64,000 nucleotides of DNA from an uncultured Gemmatimonadota bacterium (GTDB taxonomy: Bacteria; Gemmatimonadota; Gemmatimonadetes; Palauibacterales; Palauibacteraceae). The stretch covers positions 32,128 to 96,127 of the forward strand of contig CAZVIY010000001.1 in the NCBI GenBank assembly GCA_964627425.1, given 5' to 3'. Below, one piece after another: positions 7,023-16,892 of the stretch. Each line of letters opens with the position of its first letter. Within the stretch, counting starts at the first letter, position 1. The position numbers were made by a program, and so were the translations under genes. The notes under the pieces were generated by a model. It was not told the DNA's origin. It saw nothing but the letters and a program-made list of their open reading frames with translations, and made no database searches.

Positions 7023-9680
7023 ATGAGACTTCCCCACGCCCCTTCCGATCGTGCCCCCGCTTCCCCCCGCCGCACGCCCGCCGCCGGCGGACCGACCGCC
7101 CCGATCCGGCGCCGGGTCGGAGGCCTCCTCCTGGCCGCGGCGATGGCCGCGGCCCCGGCGGCGGAGGCGGCGGTGGTCCAGGCCGGCGCGGGCGAGGCCC
7201 GGGTCGGCCCGGACACGACGCAGGCGCTCCCGTCGGTGGAAGAGAAGGTCCGGGACATGGAAGCCATGGAGGGCTTCGTCGACGCCTACTGGGACGAGGA
7301 GGAGGGACGCATCTTCCTGGCCTTCGAGCGCTGGGAGGAGCCCTTCCTCTACCAGATCTCCCTGGCCAGCGGGCTGGGGAGCAACCCGGTGGGGCTGGAT
7401 CGGGGCCAGCTGGGAGCCACGCACCTGGTGGTGGCCCGACGGGTCGGTCCCAGGGTCCTCCTGGTGGAGGAGAACCTGAAGTACCGGGCCCGGGGAGGGA
7501 CGCCGGCCGAACGGGAGGCGGTCCGCGAGGCCTTCGCCCCGTCGACGATCTGGGGCTTCGAGATGGTGGCCCGGACGGGGGACCGGGTCCTGGTGGACGC
7601 TACCGACTTCTTCCTCCGCGACGCCCACGGCGTGGCCCGGCAGCTGGCCGATCGGGGGCAGGGGAGCTACGGGTTGGATCGGGACCGGAGCACCATCCAC
7701 CTGCCGGCCACCCGGTCCTTCCCCCGGAACCTGGAGGTCGAGGGGTGGCTCACCTTCACCTCGGACGATCCCGGGCCCCTGGTACGCCGTGCCGCCGCCT
7801 CCGGGGAGGCCGTGAGCCTCCGGCAGCATCACTCCTTCGTGCGGCTCCCCGAGGCCGAGGGCTATCGGCCCCGACCCGTGGATCCCCGGGTCGGGGCGTT
7901 CAGCATTTCCTTCCGGGATTACGCCACGCCCATCGACCAGGAGCTGGAGATCCGCTGGGCCACCCGGCACCGCCTGCGGGCCCGGGAGCCGGGGGCAGAG
8001 GGGTCGCCTCCCGTGGAACCCCTGGTCTACCACGTGGATCCGGGGATACCCGAGCCCATCCGGAGCGCGGTGATCGAGGGGGCGTCCTGGTGGGAGGAGG
8101 CCTTCGAGTCCGCGGGGTTCGAGGACGCCTTCCGGGTGGAGGTCCTCCCCGAGGACGCCGACCCCATGGACCTCCGATACAACGTCATCCACTGGACCCA
8201 CCGACGGACCCGGGGCTGGTCCTACGGCTCCTCGGTGGTGGACCCGCGGACGGGCGAGATCCTGAAGGGCAACGTGAACCTGGGGAGCCTCCGGCTCCGG
8301 CAGGACTGGCTGCTGGCCTCCGGGCTCCGACCCCTGGAGGAGGGTGGTCCCGAGGCGGGACGTCGGGACGGGTCCGGCGCCTACTTCGAGTCGGGGACCT
8401 ATCTGTGTGAGCTGTCGGCCGGCCCCGGGTTCGGGTACCTGGGGGCGGTCGCCCAGGAGACCAGCCCCACCGAGATGGCCCTGGCCCGGATCCGGCAGCT
8501 CGCGGCCCACGAGGTGGGCCACACCCTGGGGCTGGCCCACAACTTCATCGCCAGCACCTACGGCCGGGCCAGCGTCATGGACTATCCCGCGCCCCTGGTT
8601 CGGATTCGGGACGACGGGGGCCTGGATCTCTCCGACGCCTACGACACGGGGATCGGGGAGTACGACCGCTTCGCCGTGAACTGGCTCTATCGCGACGTGC
8701 CCGACGGAGCCGACGAGGACGAGGTCCTGGAGGCGATCGTCAGGGACGGTCTGGACCGGGGGTACCGGTTCATCAGCGACGCCGACGCGCGGCCCGCGGG
8801 CGCCGCCCATCCGCTGGCGGCGCTGTGGGACAACGGGTCGGATCCCGTCCGGGCCCTCCGACACGAGATGGAGGTGCGGGAACGGGGGCTCGCGGCCTTC
8901 GGTCCGGGCTCCATCCGGGAGGGGGAGCCGCTGGCGTCGCTGGAAGAGGTCCTGGTGCCTCTCTACCTCCATCATCGCTACCAGGTGGAGGCCGCGGCAC
9001 ACACCCTCGGAGGGGTGGACTACAGCTACGCCCTCCGGGGGGACGGCCAGACGCCGAGACGCCGGGTGGCACCGGAGGCCCAGAGGGACGCCCTGGACGC
9101 CCTCCTGGCCACCCTTGATCCCGAGTTCCTGGAGGTGCCCGAGCGGATCCTGGAGACCATCCCGCCCCGGGCCTTCGGGATGGCCGATGGCGAGGCCTTC
9201 GGGAAGCGGACCTCCCCGGTCTTCGATCCGATGGGAGTGGCCGCCTCCTCGGCCCGATTCACCCTCCGGTTCCTCCTGCAGCCCGAGCGCCTGGCCCGTC
9301 TCGTGGAGCATCACGCCCGCGACCGGCGGAGCCCGGGTCCCGGCGAGGTGGCCCGACGGCTGGTGGAGGGCACCTGGGAGGCGCCCGACCCGGAGGAGGG
9401 GAGCCGGCGGGCCGTCCTGGAGACCGTCCGTCAGGTGGTGCTGGACGAGCTCCTGGCCGCCACGGAGGACGCGCGTCAGGTCGAGCTGGCACGGGCGGAG
9501 ATCGCCGCCGAGATCCGCTCCCTGGCCGGGTGGCTCGAGGCTCGCGGGGAGGACCGCTCGGCCCCGGAGGACGCGGCGCTCCGCCGGATCCGGGCATGGG
9601 AGGAGCGGGGCCCGGAGGCTCGTTCGCCCGCGCGGGTGCCCGAGCTGCCTCCGGGCAGCCCCATCGGGGGCGGAGGCTGA
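7023..9680 (+). CDS. Secreted zinc metalloprotease (metzincin; resembles the DUF5117/DUF4953 zinc-dependent metalloprotease family)
   Basis: ATG 7023 inside ORF 6261..9680. Signal-like RRRVGGLLLAAAMAAAPAAEA. HEVGHTLGLAHNF (HExxHxxGxxH) followed by SVMDY (Met-turn). Confidence 0.85.
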   Translation: MRLPHAPSDRAPASPRRTPAAGGPTAPIRRRVGGLLLAAAMAAAPAAEAAVVQAGAGEARVGPDTTQALPSVEEKVRDMEAMEGFVDAYWDEEEGRIFLAFERWEEPFLYQISLASGLGSNPVGLDRGQLGATHLVVARRVGPRVLLVEENLKYRARGGTPAEREAVREAFAPSTIWGFEMVARTGDRVLVDATDFFLRDAHGVARQLADRGQGSYGLDRDRSTIHLPATRSFPRNLEVEGWLTFTSDDPGPLVRRAAASGEAVSLRQHHSFVRLPEAEGYRPRPVDPRVGAFSISFRDYATPIDQELEIRWATRHRLRAREPGAEGSPPVEPLVYHVDPGIPEPIRSAVIEGASWWEEAFESAGFEDAFRVEVLPEDADPMDLRYNVIHWTHRRTRGWSYGSSVVDPRTGEILKGNVNLGSLRLRQDWLLASGLRPLEEGGPEAGRRDGSGAYFESGTYLCELSAGPGFGYLGAVAQETSPTEMALARIRQLAAHEVGHTLGLAHNFIASTYGRASVMDYPAPLVRIRDDGGLDLSDAYDTGIGEYDRFAVNWLYRDVPDGADEDEVLEAIVRDGLDRGYRFISDADARPAGAAHPLAALWDNGSDPVRALRHEMEVRERGLAAFGPGSIREGEPLASLEEVLVPLYLHHRYQVEAAAHTLGGVDYSYALRGDGQTPRRRVAPEAQRDALDALLATLDPEFLEVPERILETIPPRAFGMADGEAFGKRTSPVFDPMGVAASSARFTLRFLLQPERLARLVEHHARDRRSPGPGEVARRLVEGTWEAPDPEEGSRRAVLETVRQVVLDELLAATEDARQVELARAEIAAEIRSLAGWLEARGEDRSAPEDAALRRIRAWEERGPEARSPARVPELPPGSPIGGGG

Positions 9681-9725
9681 GGCTCCCCCGACGGGCCGCC
9701 GGCGGGGACGGGCCGCGGCGCCGCG

Positions 9726-10556
9726 TCAGCGCCGCCGGGCCTCGACGATGAGTCGTCGCGAGTCCTCCGGGGACCAGGGGGTCCTCCAGAAATCGCCCCA
9801 TCGGTGACGGATCTCCAGCCCGGCGTCGCGAAACCGACGGGAGAGCTCGGCCGGGTCCCAGAGGCGGGCCTCGAACTCGGCCCGGAGGCGCGGCGGCCCG
9901 CCCCGGGGGCCGTAGGCGAAGCGGGCCCGGCAGATCCGTGAACGGGGGTCGCACCGCCAGACCTCCCTCACCTCCTCCAGCCGTCCAGGCTCGGGATCGG
10001 AGAGCGGCCGGGTCCGGCTCCATCCGCTCCCGGTGGCCCGGCGGAAGAGGGAAGGGGGGAACCACATCCCCTCGAGGACGAACCGGCCCGACGGCCGCAG
10101 GACCCGGGAGATCTCCTCCAGCGCGAGGCGCCGATCGGCGTCGTCGAGGAGGTGGCCGAAGAGGCCGTCGGCGGCGACGGCCAGATCCCATCCCCCGTCC
10201 ACGGGCAGGCGGCGGACGTCTCCGCGGGCCAGGCTCACGGGAGCGACGTCCGCCGGTGGCCCGGCGTCCGCCGTTCGCCCCCGGGCCCGGCGGAGCATGT
10301 CCGGAGACAGGTCGATCCCCAGGACCCGACGGGCCGCCGATGCGAGGGCCAGGGTGATGCGTCCGCTCCCGCAGCCCAGGTCCAGCACCGCAGCGGAGGG
10401 TTCCTCCCCGGCCACCCGGCGCCAGAAGCGGAGCTCCCCCGGCTCCCGGGGCTCCCGGTGGATGACCGGAGCCACCGTCCGGTAGTAACGGACGACGGGG
10501 CTCCGCGGGTCGCCGTCCCGATCCCCCTCGCGGCCCTTCCGATCCGTGGGGCTCAT
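9726..10556 (-). CDS. Class I SAM-dependent methyltransferase
   Basis: ATG 10556 inside ORF 9726..10664. Motif I is VLDLGCGSGRITLALA. Also contains DLAVAADGLFGHL and LRPSGRFVLE. Confidence 0.8.
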   Translation of the reverse strand: MSPTDRKGREGDRDGDPRSPVVRYYRTVAPVIHREPREPGELRFWRRVAGEEPSAAVLDLGCGSGRITLALASAARRVLGIDLSPDMLRRARGRTADAGPPADVAPVSLARGDVRRLPVDGGWDLAVAADGLFGHLLDDADRRLALEEISRVLRPSGRFVLEGMWFPPSLFRRATGSGWSRTRPLSDPEPGRLEEVREVWRCDPRSRICRARFAYGPRGGPPRLRAEFEARLWDPAELSRRFRDAGLEIRHRWGDFWRTPWSPEDSRRLIVEARRR

Positions 10557-10666
10557 GGCGATGCGGCGGGAGGGGACCTCCGGTGGCGAGGTCCGCCGCC
10601 GCCGCCTACCTTCCGGTCCGCGTTCGAGTCCCCGGCACCCTCCGCCCGAACTCCCGACCAGCACGC

Positions 10667-11665
10667 ATGACTCCCGAGAGCTCGCCCGCAGGTGACGTGC
10701 GTCCGTCCCGCGGGACCCTGTGGAGGAGGCTGTCGTCGGTGGCCCTCGCCGTCACCTTCGTCCTGGTGGTCCTCGGGGCGGTGGTCCGGATCACCGAGAG
10801 CGGCATGGGCTGTGGGGACGACTGGCCCCTGTGCAACGGCCAGCTCATCCCCACCGGCGACCTGGCCACCTTCCTGGAGTGGAGCCACCGGCTCATGGCG
10901 GTCGTGGTCTCCCTCCTGATCGCCGCCCTGGCCGCCGTGTCGTGGAAGCCGGGCCGGGACCCCTCCTGGGGACCGAGGAGGCGACTCACGGCCTGGGCCG
11001 TGGGGCTGCTGGTGGTCCAGGTCCTCCTGGGCGCGGTGACGGTCCGGCTGGAGCTCCCCCCGGCGTCGGTGATCCTCCACCTGGGGACGGCCATGGCGCT
11101 CCTGGCGGTGCTGGTGGTGGTGGCCCTCCGGGCCTATCGGTCGTCCGAGAGGTCCCACCGGGTGACCGACGGGGCGACGCGGATCGGCTGGCTTGTGGCC
11201 GCCGGGGCCTACCTGGTGGTGCTGGCCGGCGCCCTGGTGGCGAACCTCGACGCCACCGCGGCCTGCCAGGGGTTCCCCCTGTGCGGGGGGCAGTGGTGGC
11301 CGGCGGAAAGCGGCCCGGCACGGATCCAGTGGGCACATCGCCTGCTGGCCTATACGTTCACCGTGGCCGTCCTGTTCGTGCCCGGCATGGTGGGAACCCG
11401 ACGTTCGGGGGACGGGGCCGCCCGGGGCACGGCGTTCGCGCTCGTCGCGGTGGTGCTCTCCCAGATCGTGGTGGGAGCGGCCCTGGTCACCGGTCCGCTC
11501 GCCCTGTCCGTACGGGCCCTCCACATGGCCCTGGGAACGGCCGTCTTCGGCGTGGCGGTGGCCCTGGCCTGGATGATTCACCGACCCGCGGGGTACGGTA
11601 CCCGGAGCGTCCCGGAGCCCGGTCGCGGGGAGGGGAGGGGGACGGCGAAAGCGGTCGAACCGTGA
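10667..11665 (+). CDS. ctaA: Heme A synthase (COX15/CtaA family)
   Basis: ATG 10667 inside ORF 10583..11665. Polytopic membrane protein with ITESGMGCGDDWPLCNGQLIP, EWSHRLMA, a second Cys pair ACQGFPLCGG, and WAHRLLA. Confidence 0.85.
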   Translation: MTPESSPAGDVRPSRGTLWRRLSSVALAVTFVLVVLGAVVRITESGMGCGDDWPLCNGQLIPTGDLATFLEWSHRLMAVVVSLLIAALAAVSWKPGRDPSWGPRRRLTAWAVGLLVVQVLLGAVTVRLELPPASVILHLGTAMALLAVLVVVALRAYRSSERSHRVTDGATRIGWLVAAGAYLVVLAGALVANLDATAACQGFPLCGGQWWPAESGPARIQWAHRLLAYTFTVAVLFVPGMVGTRRSGDGAARGTAFALVAVVLSQIVVGAALVTGPLALSVRALHMALGTAVFGVAVALAWMIHRPAGYGTRSVPEPGRGEGRGTAKAVEP

Positions 11666-11689
11666 ACTTTCAGCAATGACGAGGGGACC

Positions 11690-12451
11690 ATGAAGATTCG
11701 ACGATCTCTCGCTGGCCTGAGCATCATCGCGGTGGCGCTGATGCTCCTGTCCTCGGCGGCGGACGCCCAGGTCATCGATCGCGGGATCCAGATCACGGCC
11801 TGGGGCGGACCCTACAGCGCGCTGGGAACCCTGGGAGGAGGCAATCCGGCCGCCGGTGACGTGACCCAGACCCAGATGAAGGACGGTGCCGGGCTCGGAG
11901 GGAGCCTGGAGGTTCCCATCCCGGTCGACCGCCTCTCGGTACGGGGGGAGCTCGCGGTGGTGCCGTCGGCCACGATGGAGACGAACCACCCCATCTGTCC
12001 GGTGGGCGGGAGTAGTCGACCCGAGCACTGCATCGCCCAGAGCGAAGGCACCCTCCTCATGGGGGTCGCCGACCTGGTCTACCGGACCATGCAGGACTAC
12101 ACCCGGCCCCACGCGCTCTTCATCATCGGCTTCGGGCTCAAGAATTATTCGTTCGAGGACGACATCAGGATGCGAGGTGTCTCGGAGGAATCGTCCGAGA
12201 CTACGGTGGCGCCCGGGAACTGCACTGTGGGCGACATCGTCTGCCAGGCCCACGACCGGTTCACGGGATCGACCACCGATCCCACGCTCCATCTCGGCGC
12301 CGGGCTCTCGGTGAACGCCGGGCCGGTGAACCTCATCGGTGAGGTGGGCGACTACCTGAGCGTCTACAGCCACCAGTCGGGGGGACGGGAGCTGCAGGAG
12401 CTGGTCCACGACGTCTTCCTCAAGGTGTCGGCGGGCGTCCGGGTCTTCTGA
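11690..12451 (+). CDS. Outer-membrane beta-barrel protein, family unknown
   Basis: Signal peptide MKIRRSLAGLSIIAVALMLLSSAADAQ, GAGGGGA SD, alternating-strand pattern, and a C-terminal ...KVSAGVRVF aromatic terminus. Two Cys pairs sit in predicted loops. Confidence 0.72.
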   Translation: MKIRRSLAGLSIIAVALMLLSSAADAQVIDRGIQITAWGGPYSALGTLGGGNPAAGDVTQTQMKDGAGLGGSLEVPIPVDRLSVRGELAVVPSATMETNHPICPVGGSSRPEHCIAQSEGTLLMGVADLVYRTMQDYTRPHALFIIGFGLKNYSFEDDIRMRGVSEESSETTVAPGNCTVGDIVCQAHDRFTGSTTDPTLHLGAGLSVNAGPVNLIGEVGDYLSVYSHQSGGRELQELVHDVFLKVSAGVRVF

Positions 12452-12492
12452 GGAGACCCTCTCCCGGCTCTCTCCGGGCGGATCGCGGGGCC

Positions 12493-13788
12493 TCAGACCG
12501 CTTCCAGGAGCGCCACGTGGCCCAGACCGCCCGCGGCGCAGATGCTGACCAGCCCCCGGGTGCCGGCCTCGCGCCGGTCCATCTCCAGGGCCGCCTGGGA
12601 GAGGATTCGGGCGCCCGTGGCCGCGAAAGGGTGACCGAGGGCCAGGCTCCCTCCCCGGGGATTCACCCGTCCCCGGGGGATGTCCCCGAGGTCGGTCTCC
12701 ACCCCCGCCCGCTCCCGGACCCACTCGGGATCGTCCAGGGCGGCGTAGGTGGAGAGGACCTGGGCGGCGAAGGCCTCGTGGATCTCCCAGAGGTCCACGT
12801 CCTCGTACCGGAGCCCGTGGCGGTCCAGGAGACGGGGAATGGCCAGCGTGGGGGCCATGAGGAGACCCTCGTTCCGGGGGTCGATGGCGGCCTGCTCCCA
12901 GTCCACCAGCCGGACGCGGGGCGCGTCGTCGGCGAGACGATCCAGTCCCCGTCGGCTGGCCACCCACACGGACGCGGCGCCGTCGGTGAGCGGCGTGGAG
13001 TTCCCGGCGGTGAGGGTGCCCCGGGAGCGGAACGCCGGCCGGAGGGCGGCGAGCTTCTCCAGGGAGGTGTCGGGCCGTACCAGGGTGTCCCGGTCCACGG
13101 GGAAGGTGCCGGGAGCCGTGAGGAGCCGGCGGAAGAACCCCTCGTCCCGGGCGGCGGTGGCCTTCCGGTGGCTCTCCAGGGCGTACCGGTCCTGGTCCTC
13201 CCGACCGATCTCCCAGTCGCGGGCCATCTCCTCGCAGTGCTCCCCCATGCTCATGCCCGTGGTCCGCTCTTCCACCTCCGGCACCTGGAGCCCCAGGTCC
13301 GACGGGCGGAGCTCGCCGAGCGTCCGGAAGAGCTCGCCCGGGCCGCCGGCCGTTCCCGCGCGGCGCAGGGTCCGGCTCAGCCCGCGGCTGAGACCCACGG
13401 GCGCCTGGCTCAGCGACTCCACGCCGCCGCACAGGACCAGGTCGGCGCCGCCGGCCCGTACCTGTCCCGCGGCGTGGGTGGCGGCTGCCAGGCTCGTCCC
13501 GCACGCCTGGACCAGGCCCTGGGCCGGCACGTGGGCGTCGAGCCCGGTCTCGAGCCAGACCTCCCGACCCCAGTTGCTGACCTGCAGGTCAGGGACGACG
13601 GCTCCCCAGATGACCAGGTCCACCGCCGTCTCGCTCCCGTGCCCCGGGCCGTGGTCCCCCAGGACGGTCTGCTGGACCACGGGAACGGAGAGCTCGATAC
13701 CGGTCCGCCCGGCGAGCTCCCGGTCGGACCGGGAGAAGGGACTCCGCAGCCCGGGGACGACGTACGCCTCGCCTGGTCCGTTCTCCAT
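12493..13788 (-). CDS. Acetyl-CoA C-acyltransferase (thiolase family)
   Basis: ATG 13788 (GGGAGGGCAGGAG upstream) inside ORF 12493..13953. Motifs: VQACGTSLAAATHAA (nucleophile Cys), GNSTPLTDGAA, NPRGGSLALGHPFAATGARIL, CAAGGLGHV. Confidence 0.88.
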   Translation of the reverse strand: MENGPGEAYVVPGLRSPFSRSDRELAGRTGIELSVPVVQQTVLGDHGPGHGSETAVDLVIWGAVVPDLQVSNWGREVWLETGLDAHVPAQGLVQACGTSLAAATHAAGQVRAGGADLVLCGGVESLSQAPVGLSRGLSRTLRRAGTAGGPGELFRTLGELRPSDLGLQVPEVEERTTGMSMGEHCEEMARDWEIGREDQDRYALESHRKATAARDEGFFRRLLTAPGTFPVDRDTLVRPDTSLEKLAALRPAFRSRGTLTAGNSTPLTDGAASVWVASRRGLDRLADDAPRVRLVDWEQAAIDPRNEGLLMAPTLAIPRLLDRHGLRYEDVDLWEIHEAFAAQVLSTYAALDDPEWVRERAGVETDLGDIPRGRVNPRGGSLALGHPFAATGARILSQAALEMDRREAGTRGLVSICAAGGLGHVALLEAV

Positions 13789-13979
13789 CTCCTGCCCTCC
13801 CGTGTGCGCCTCGAGGTGGTGCCGGGCTCGGCCAGGCTGGCACGCAGCTTCCAGGATCCTGAGGTCGAGCCCGAGCACCGGCGGCCCGCCATCGATACAC
13901 CCGCCGTGCACGATCCGTTCGAGCCGACCCGGCACGCCGGGGGGGACGGCCACCCATCACCGACCACGCGGCAGATCCG

Positions 13980-15407
13980 ATGACCCGACCACGCGTCCGA
14001 TTCGCGCCGAGCCCCACCGGACACCTCCACGTGGGAGGGGCCCGGACGGCGCTGTTCAACTTCCTCTTCGCCCGGAGCCAGGAGGGAGCGTTCCTCCTGC
14101 GGATCGAGGACACCGACCGCGAGCGGTCCAGCGAGGAGATGACCCGGTCGATCCTGGAGGCCCTGGAGTGGCTGGGCCTCGAGCACGACGGGCCGGTGGT
14201 CCACCAGGCGGACCGGATGGGCCGGCACCGGGAGCTGGTGGATCACCTGGTGGAGGCGGAGGCCGCCTACCGGTGCTTCTGTTCCGGGTCCGAACTCGAG
14301 GATCGGGGGCGGGAGGAGTGTCCGTGCCGGAGTCTCGACCCCCGGGAGGCCCGTCGCCGTGCGGAGGAGGGCGAGGAGTTCGCCGTGCGCTTCCGGTCGC
14401 CCCGGACCGGCCGCACCGAGTGGGACGACGTGGTCCACGGGGCCAGCGGCGTGGACAACGAGTCGGTGGAGGATTTCGTCCTCCTCCGCTCCGACGGCCG
14501 GCCCGTCTACAACATGGCGTGCGTCGCCGACGACCTGGCCATGGAGATCACCCACGTCATCCGCGGGGACGACCACCTGTCGAACACGCCGAAGCAGCTC
14601 CTCGTGTACCGTGCCATGGACCGGGAGCCGCCGGCCTTCGCCCACGTCCCCATGATCCTGGGGCCCGACGGAAAGCGCCTGTCGAAGCGCCACGGCGCGG
14701 CCTCGGTGGAGGCGTACCGGGAGAAGGGCGTGGTCCCCGAAGCCCTGGTGAACTTCCTCGCGCTGCTGGGCTGGTCGCCCGGCGACGAGCGCGAGATCAT
14801 GGAGATGCCGGAGCTCGTGGAAGCCTTCAGCCTGGACCGCATCCTGCGGAAGAGCGCCGTCTTCGACGTGGAGAAGCTGGAGTGGCTGAACGGCCAGTAC
14901 CTGTCCCGGCTCCCCCTGTCCCGGGTGGAGGAACTGGTCGTCCCCCGGCTGGCGGACGATCCCTCCGTCGATGCGGACCTCCTGGACCGGGAGTCGGACC
15001 GGCTCCGGGAGGTGCTGGAGCTGGTCAGGCCCCGGCCCCGGACGGTGGAGGACCTGGTGGAGCAGGCCCGGCCGTTCTTCGCCCGGGAGGTGGTCTACCA
15101 GGAGGAGGCGGTGGAGCGGTTCTGGTCGGAGCCCGGGGAGGCGGCCCGTGCCCTGGAGGCCATGAAGGAGGTGCTCGCGGAGGTGGAGCCCTGGGCGCCC
15201 GGGGCCCTGGAGGAGGCGCTCCGCGAGCGGGCCGACGAGCTCGGGGTGGGCGCCGGCGCCCTGATCCACCCCCTGCGGGTGGCGCTCACGGGACTGGCGG
15301 TGAGCCCCGGCATCTTCCGGGTGATCCATCTCATGGGCCGTCGCCGGTGCCTGGACCGGGTGGAGGACGCACTGGCCCGGCTGTCAGCGGAGGGGAACGG
15401 AGCGTGA
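13980..15407 (+). CDS. gltX: Glutamate--tRNA ligase
   Basis: RFAPSPTGHLHVGGARTALFN (HIGH), IEDTDRERS, GKRLSKRHG (KMSKS). Confidence 0.95.
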   Translation: MTRPRVRFAPSPTGHLHVGGARTALFNFLFARSQEGAFLLRIEDTDRERSSEEMTRSILEALEWLGLEHDGPVVHQADRMGRHRELVDHLVEAEAAYRCFCSGSELEDRGREECPCRSLDPREARRRAEEGEEFAVRFRSPRTGRTEWDDVVHGASGVDNESVEDFVLLRSDGRPVYNMACVADDLAMEITHVIRGDDHLSNTPKQLLVYRAMDREPPAFAHVPMILGPDGKRLSKRHGAASVEAYREKGVVPEALVNFLALLGWSPGDEREIMEMPELVEAFSLDRILRKSAVFDVEKLEWLNGQYLSRLPLSRVEELVVPRLADDPSVDADLLDRESDRLREVLELVRPRPRTVEDLVEQARPFFAREVVYQEEAVERFWSEPGEAARALEAMKEVLAEVEPWAPGALEEALRERADELGVGAGALIHPLRVALTGLAVSPGIFRVIHLMGRRRCLDRVEDALARLSAEGNGA

Positions 15408-15429
15408 GGACGGCCGGTGGAGGCCGGAG

Positions 15430-15897
15430 ATGACCGGCCGGAGCGACGGGGAGTGGATGGAGCTCGCCCTGGCGCAGGCCCGGCGGGCGGCCGATCGGGA
15501 GGAGGTCCCCGTGGGGGCCGTGCTGGTGACGGCCGGGGGGGACGCCTTCGAGGACCACAACCGGACCCGCGAGCGGGACGATCCCACGGCCCACGCCGAG
15601 ACCCTGGTGATCCGGGCCGCCGCCCGGGCCGTCGGAGACTGGCGGCTGGTGGGCTCGACCCTCTACGCCACCCTCGAGCCGTGCGCCATGTGCGCGGGGG
15701 CGGCCGTCCTGGCCCGGGTCGACCGGCTCGTGTTCGGGGCTCCCGACCCCCGGGGCGGGATGTGCGGCAGCCTGGAGAACCTGGTCCAGGACGAGCGGCT
15801 GAACCACCGCATGGAGGTCCGCCGGGGTCCCGGGGCCGAGGAGTCCGGGCGTCTGCTCCGGAGCTTCTTCCGCGAGCGTCGGGAGGAGGCGGGATGA
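15430..15897 (+). CDS. tadA: tRNA adenosine(34) deaminase
   Basis: CDA fold: PTAHAETLVIR (HAE) and LEPCAMCAGA (PCxxC). Confidence 0.92.
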   Translation: MTGRSDGEWMELALAQARRAADREEVPVGAVLVTAGGDAFEDHNRTRERDDPTAHAETLVIRAAARAVGDWRLVGSTLYATLEPCAMCAGAAVLARVDRLVFGAPDPRGGMCGSLENLVQDERLNHRMEVRRGPGAEESGRLLRSFFRERREEAG

Positions 15898-16892
15898 GCG
15901 GAGCGGCGCCCCTGGTGCTGGTGGCCCGGGAGGTCCGCCCCCTGCTGGAGGAGGAGCCCGGGTGGCCGCGGGGCGCCGGGACCCGGTGGATCCCCCGGGA
16001 GGAGCCGTTGCCCGCCGAGGACCGGGCGGTGGCGCTGGTCCCCCTCCTCTCGCGGGAGATCGGCTCCGACGAGCTGGACCGCCTCCCCGCGCTGGAGGTG
16101 GTGGCCAACTACGCGGTGGGCCACGACAACATCGATCTGGACGCCGCCGCCGAGCGGGGCGTCACGGTGACCAACACCCCCGACGTCCTCACCGAGGCGA
16201 CGGCCGACCTGACCTGGGCCCTCCTGCTGGCCGCCGCCCGACGGCTCCGGGAGGGCCTGGACCTGGCGGCCTCGGGCCGCTGGCCCGGCTGGGCGCCGGA
16301 TCAGCTCCTGGGGATGGGGCTCCGGGGCCGGACGCTGGGGATCCTGGGAGCCGGCCGCATCGGTACCGCCGTGGCCCGGCGCGCGCCGCCCTTCGGCCTC
16401 GAGCTGGCGTACTGGAGCCGGAGCTCCTCGCCGGAGATCGAGGCGGCGGGCGGCCGCCGGGCCGGGACCCCGGAGGAGCTCCTCCAGGGGTGCGAGCTGG
16501 TCTCGGTGCACCTGCCCCTGACGGAGGAGACGCGGGGACTCCTGGGCTCCGAGGAGCTGTCCCGCATGGCCGACGGTTCGGTCCTGGTGAACACCGCCCG
16601 GGGGGAGATCGTGGACCCCGAGGCCCTGGCACGGGCGCTCCGGGAGGGTCCGCTGGCGGCCGCCGGCCTGGACGTCTACCCGGAGGAGCCGGAGATCCCC
16701 CCGGCGCTCCGGGAGCTCCCCAACGCCTTCGTCCTGCCCCACGTGGGCAGCGCCACCTGGCAGGCCCGGCGTGACATGTGGCGGGTGGCGTCGGAGAACG
16801 TCCGGCGCGTGCTGGAGGGACGGGCGCCCCTCACCCCCGTCCCTCCGACCACTGGGGAGAGGCGGGATCCGGCCGACCCAGGACCCAGATGA
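15894..16892 (+). CDS. D-isomer-specific 2-hydroxyacid dehydrogenase (glyoxylate/hydroxypyruvate reductase-like)
   Basis: ATG 15894 (ATGA overlap with the tadA stop) inside ORF 15417..16892. Motifs: GILGAGRIGTAVARR, LVNTARGEIVD, LPHVGSAT. Confidence 0.87.
   Translation: MSGAAPLVLVAREVRPLLEEEPGWPRGAGTRWIPREEPLPAEDRAVALVPLLSREIGSDELDRLPALEVVANYAVGHDNIDLDAAAERGVTVTNTPDVLTEATADLTWALLLAAARRLREGLDLAASGRWPGWAPDQLLGMGLRGRTLGILGAGRIGTAVARRAPPFGLELAYWSRSSSPEIEAAGGRRAGTPEELLQGCELVSVHLPLTEETRGLLGSEELSRMADGSVLVNTARGEIVDPEALARALREGPLAAAGLDVYPEEPEIPPALRELPNAFVLPHVGSATWQARRDMWRVASENVRRVLEGRAPLTPVPPTTGERRDPADPGPR

Noticed and set aside
10553-13504. 983-aa minus-strand ORF covering ctaA, the OMP and part of the thiolase
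   Set aside because: It runs antisense or off-frame through three well-supported genes. Extreme R/P/G/H content and no motifs.
13838-13853. TGGCACGCAGCTTCCA upstream of gltX, a near match to the sigma-54 consensus
   Set aside because: The near-invariant -12 GC is CC here. A housekeeping aminoacyl-tRNA synthetase is an implausible sigma-54 target. It sits inside the loop of the larger inverted repeat, which I report separately.
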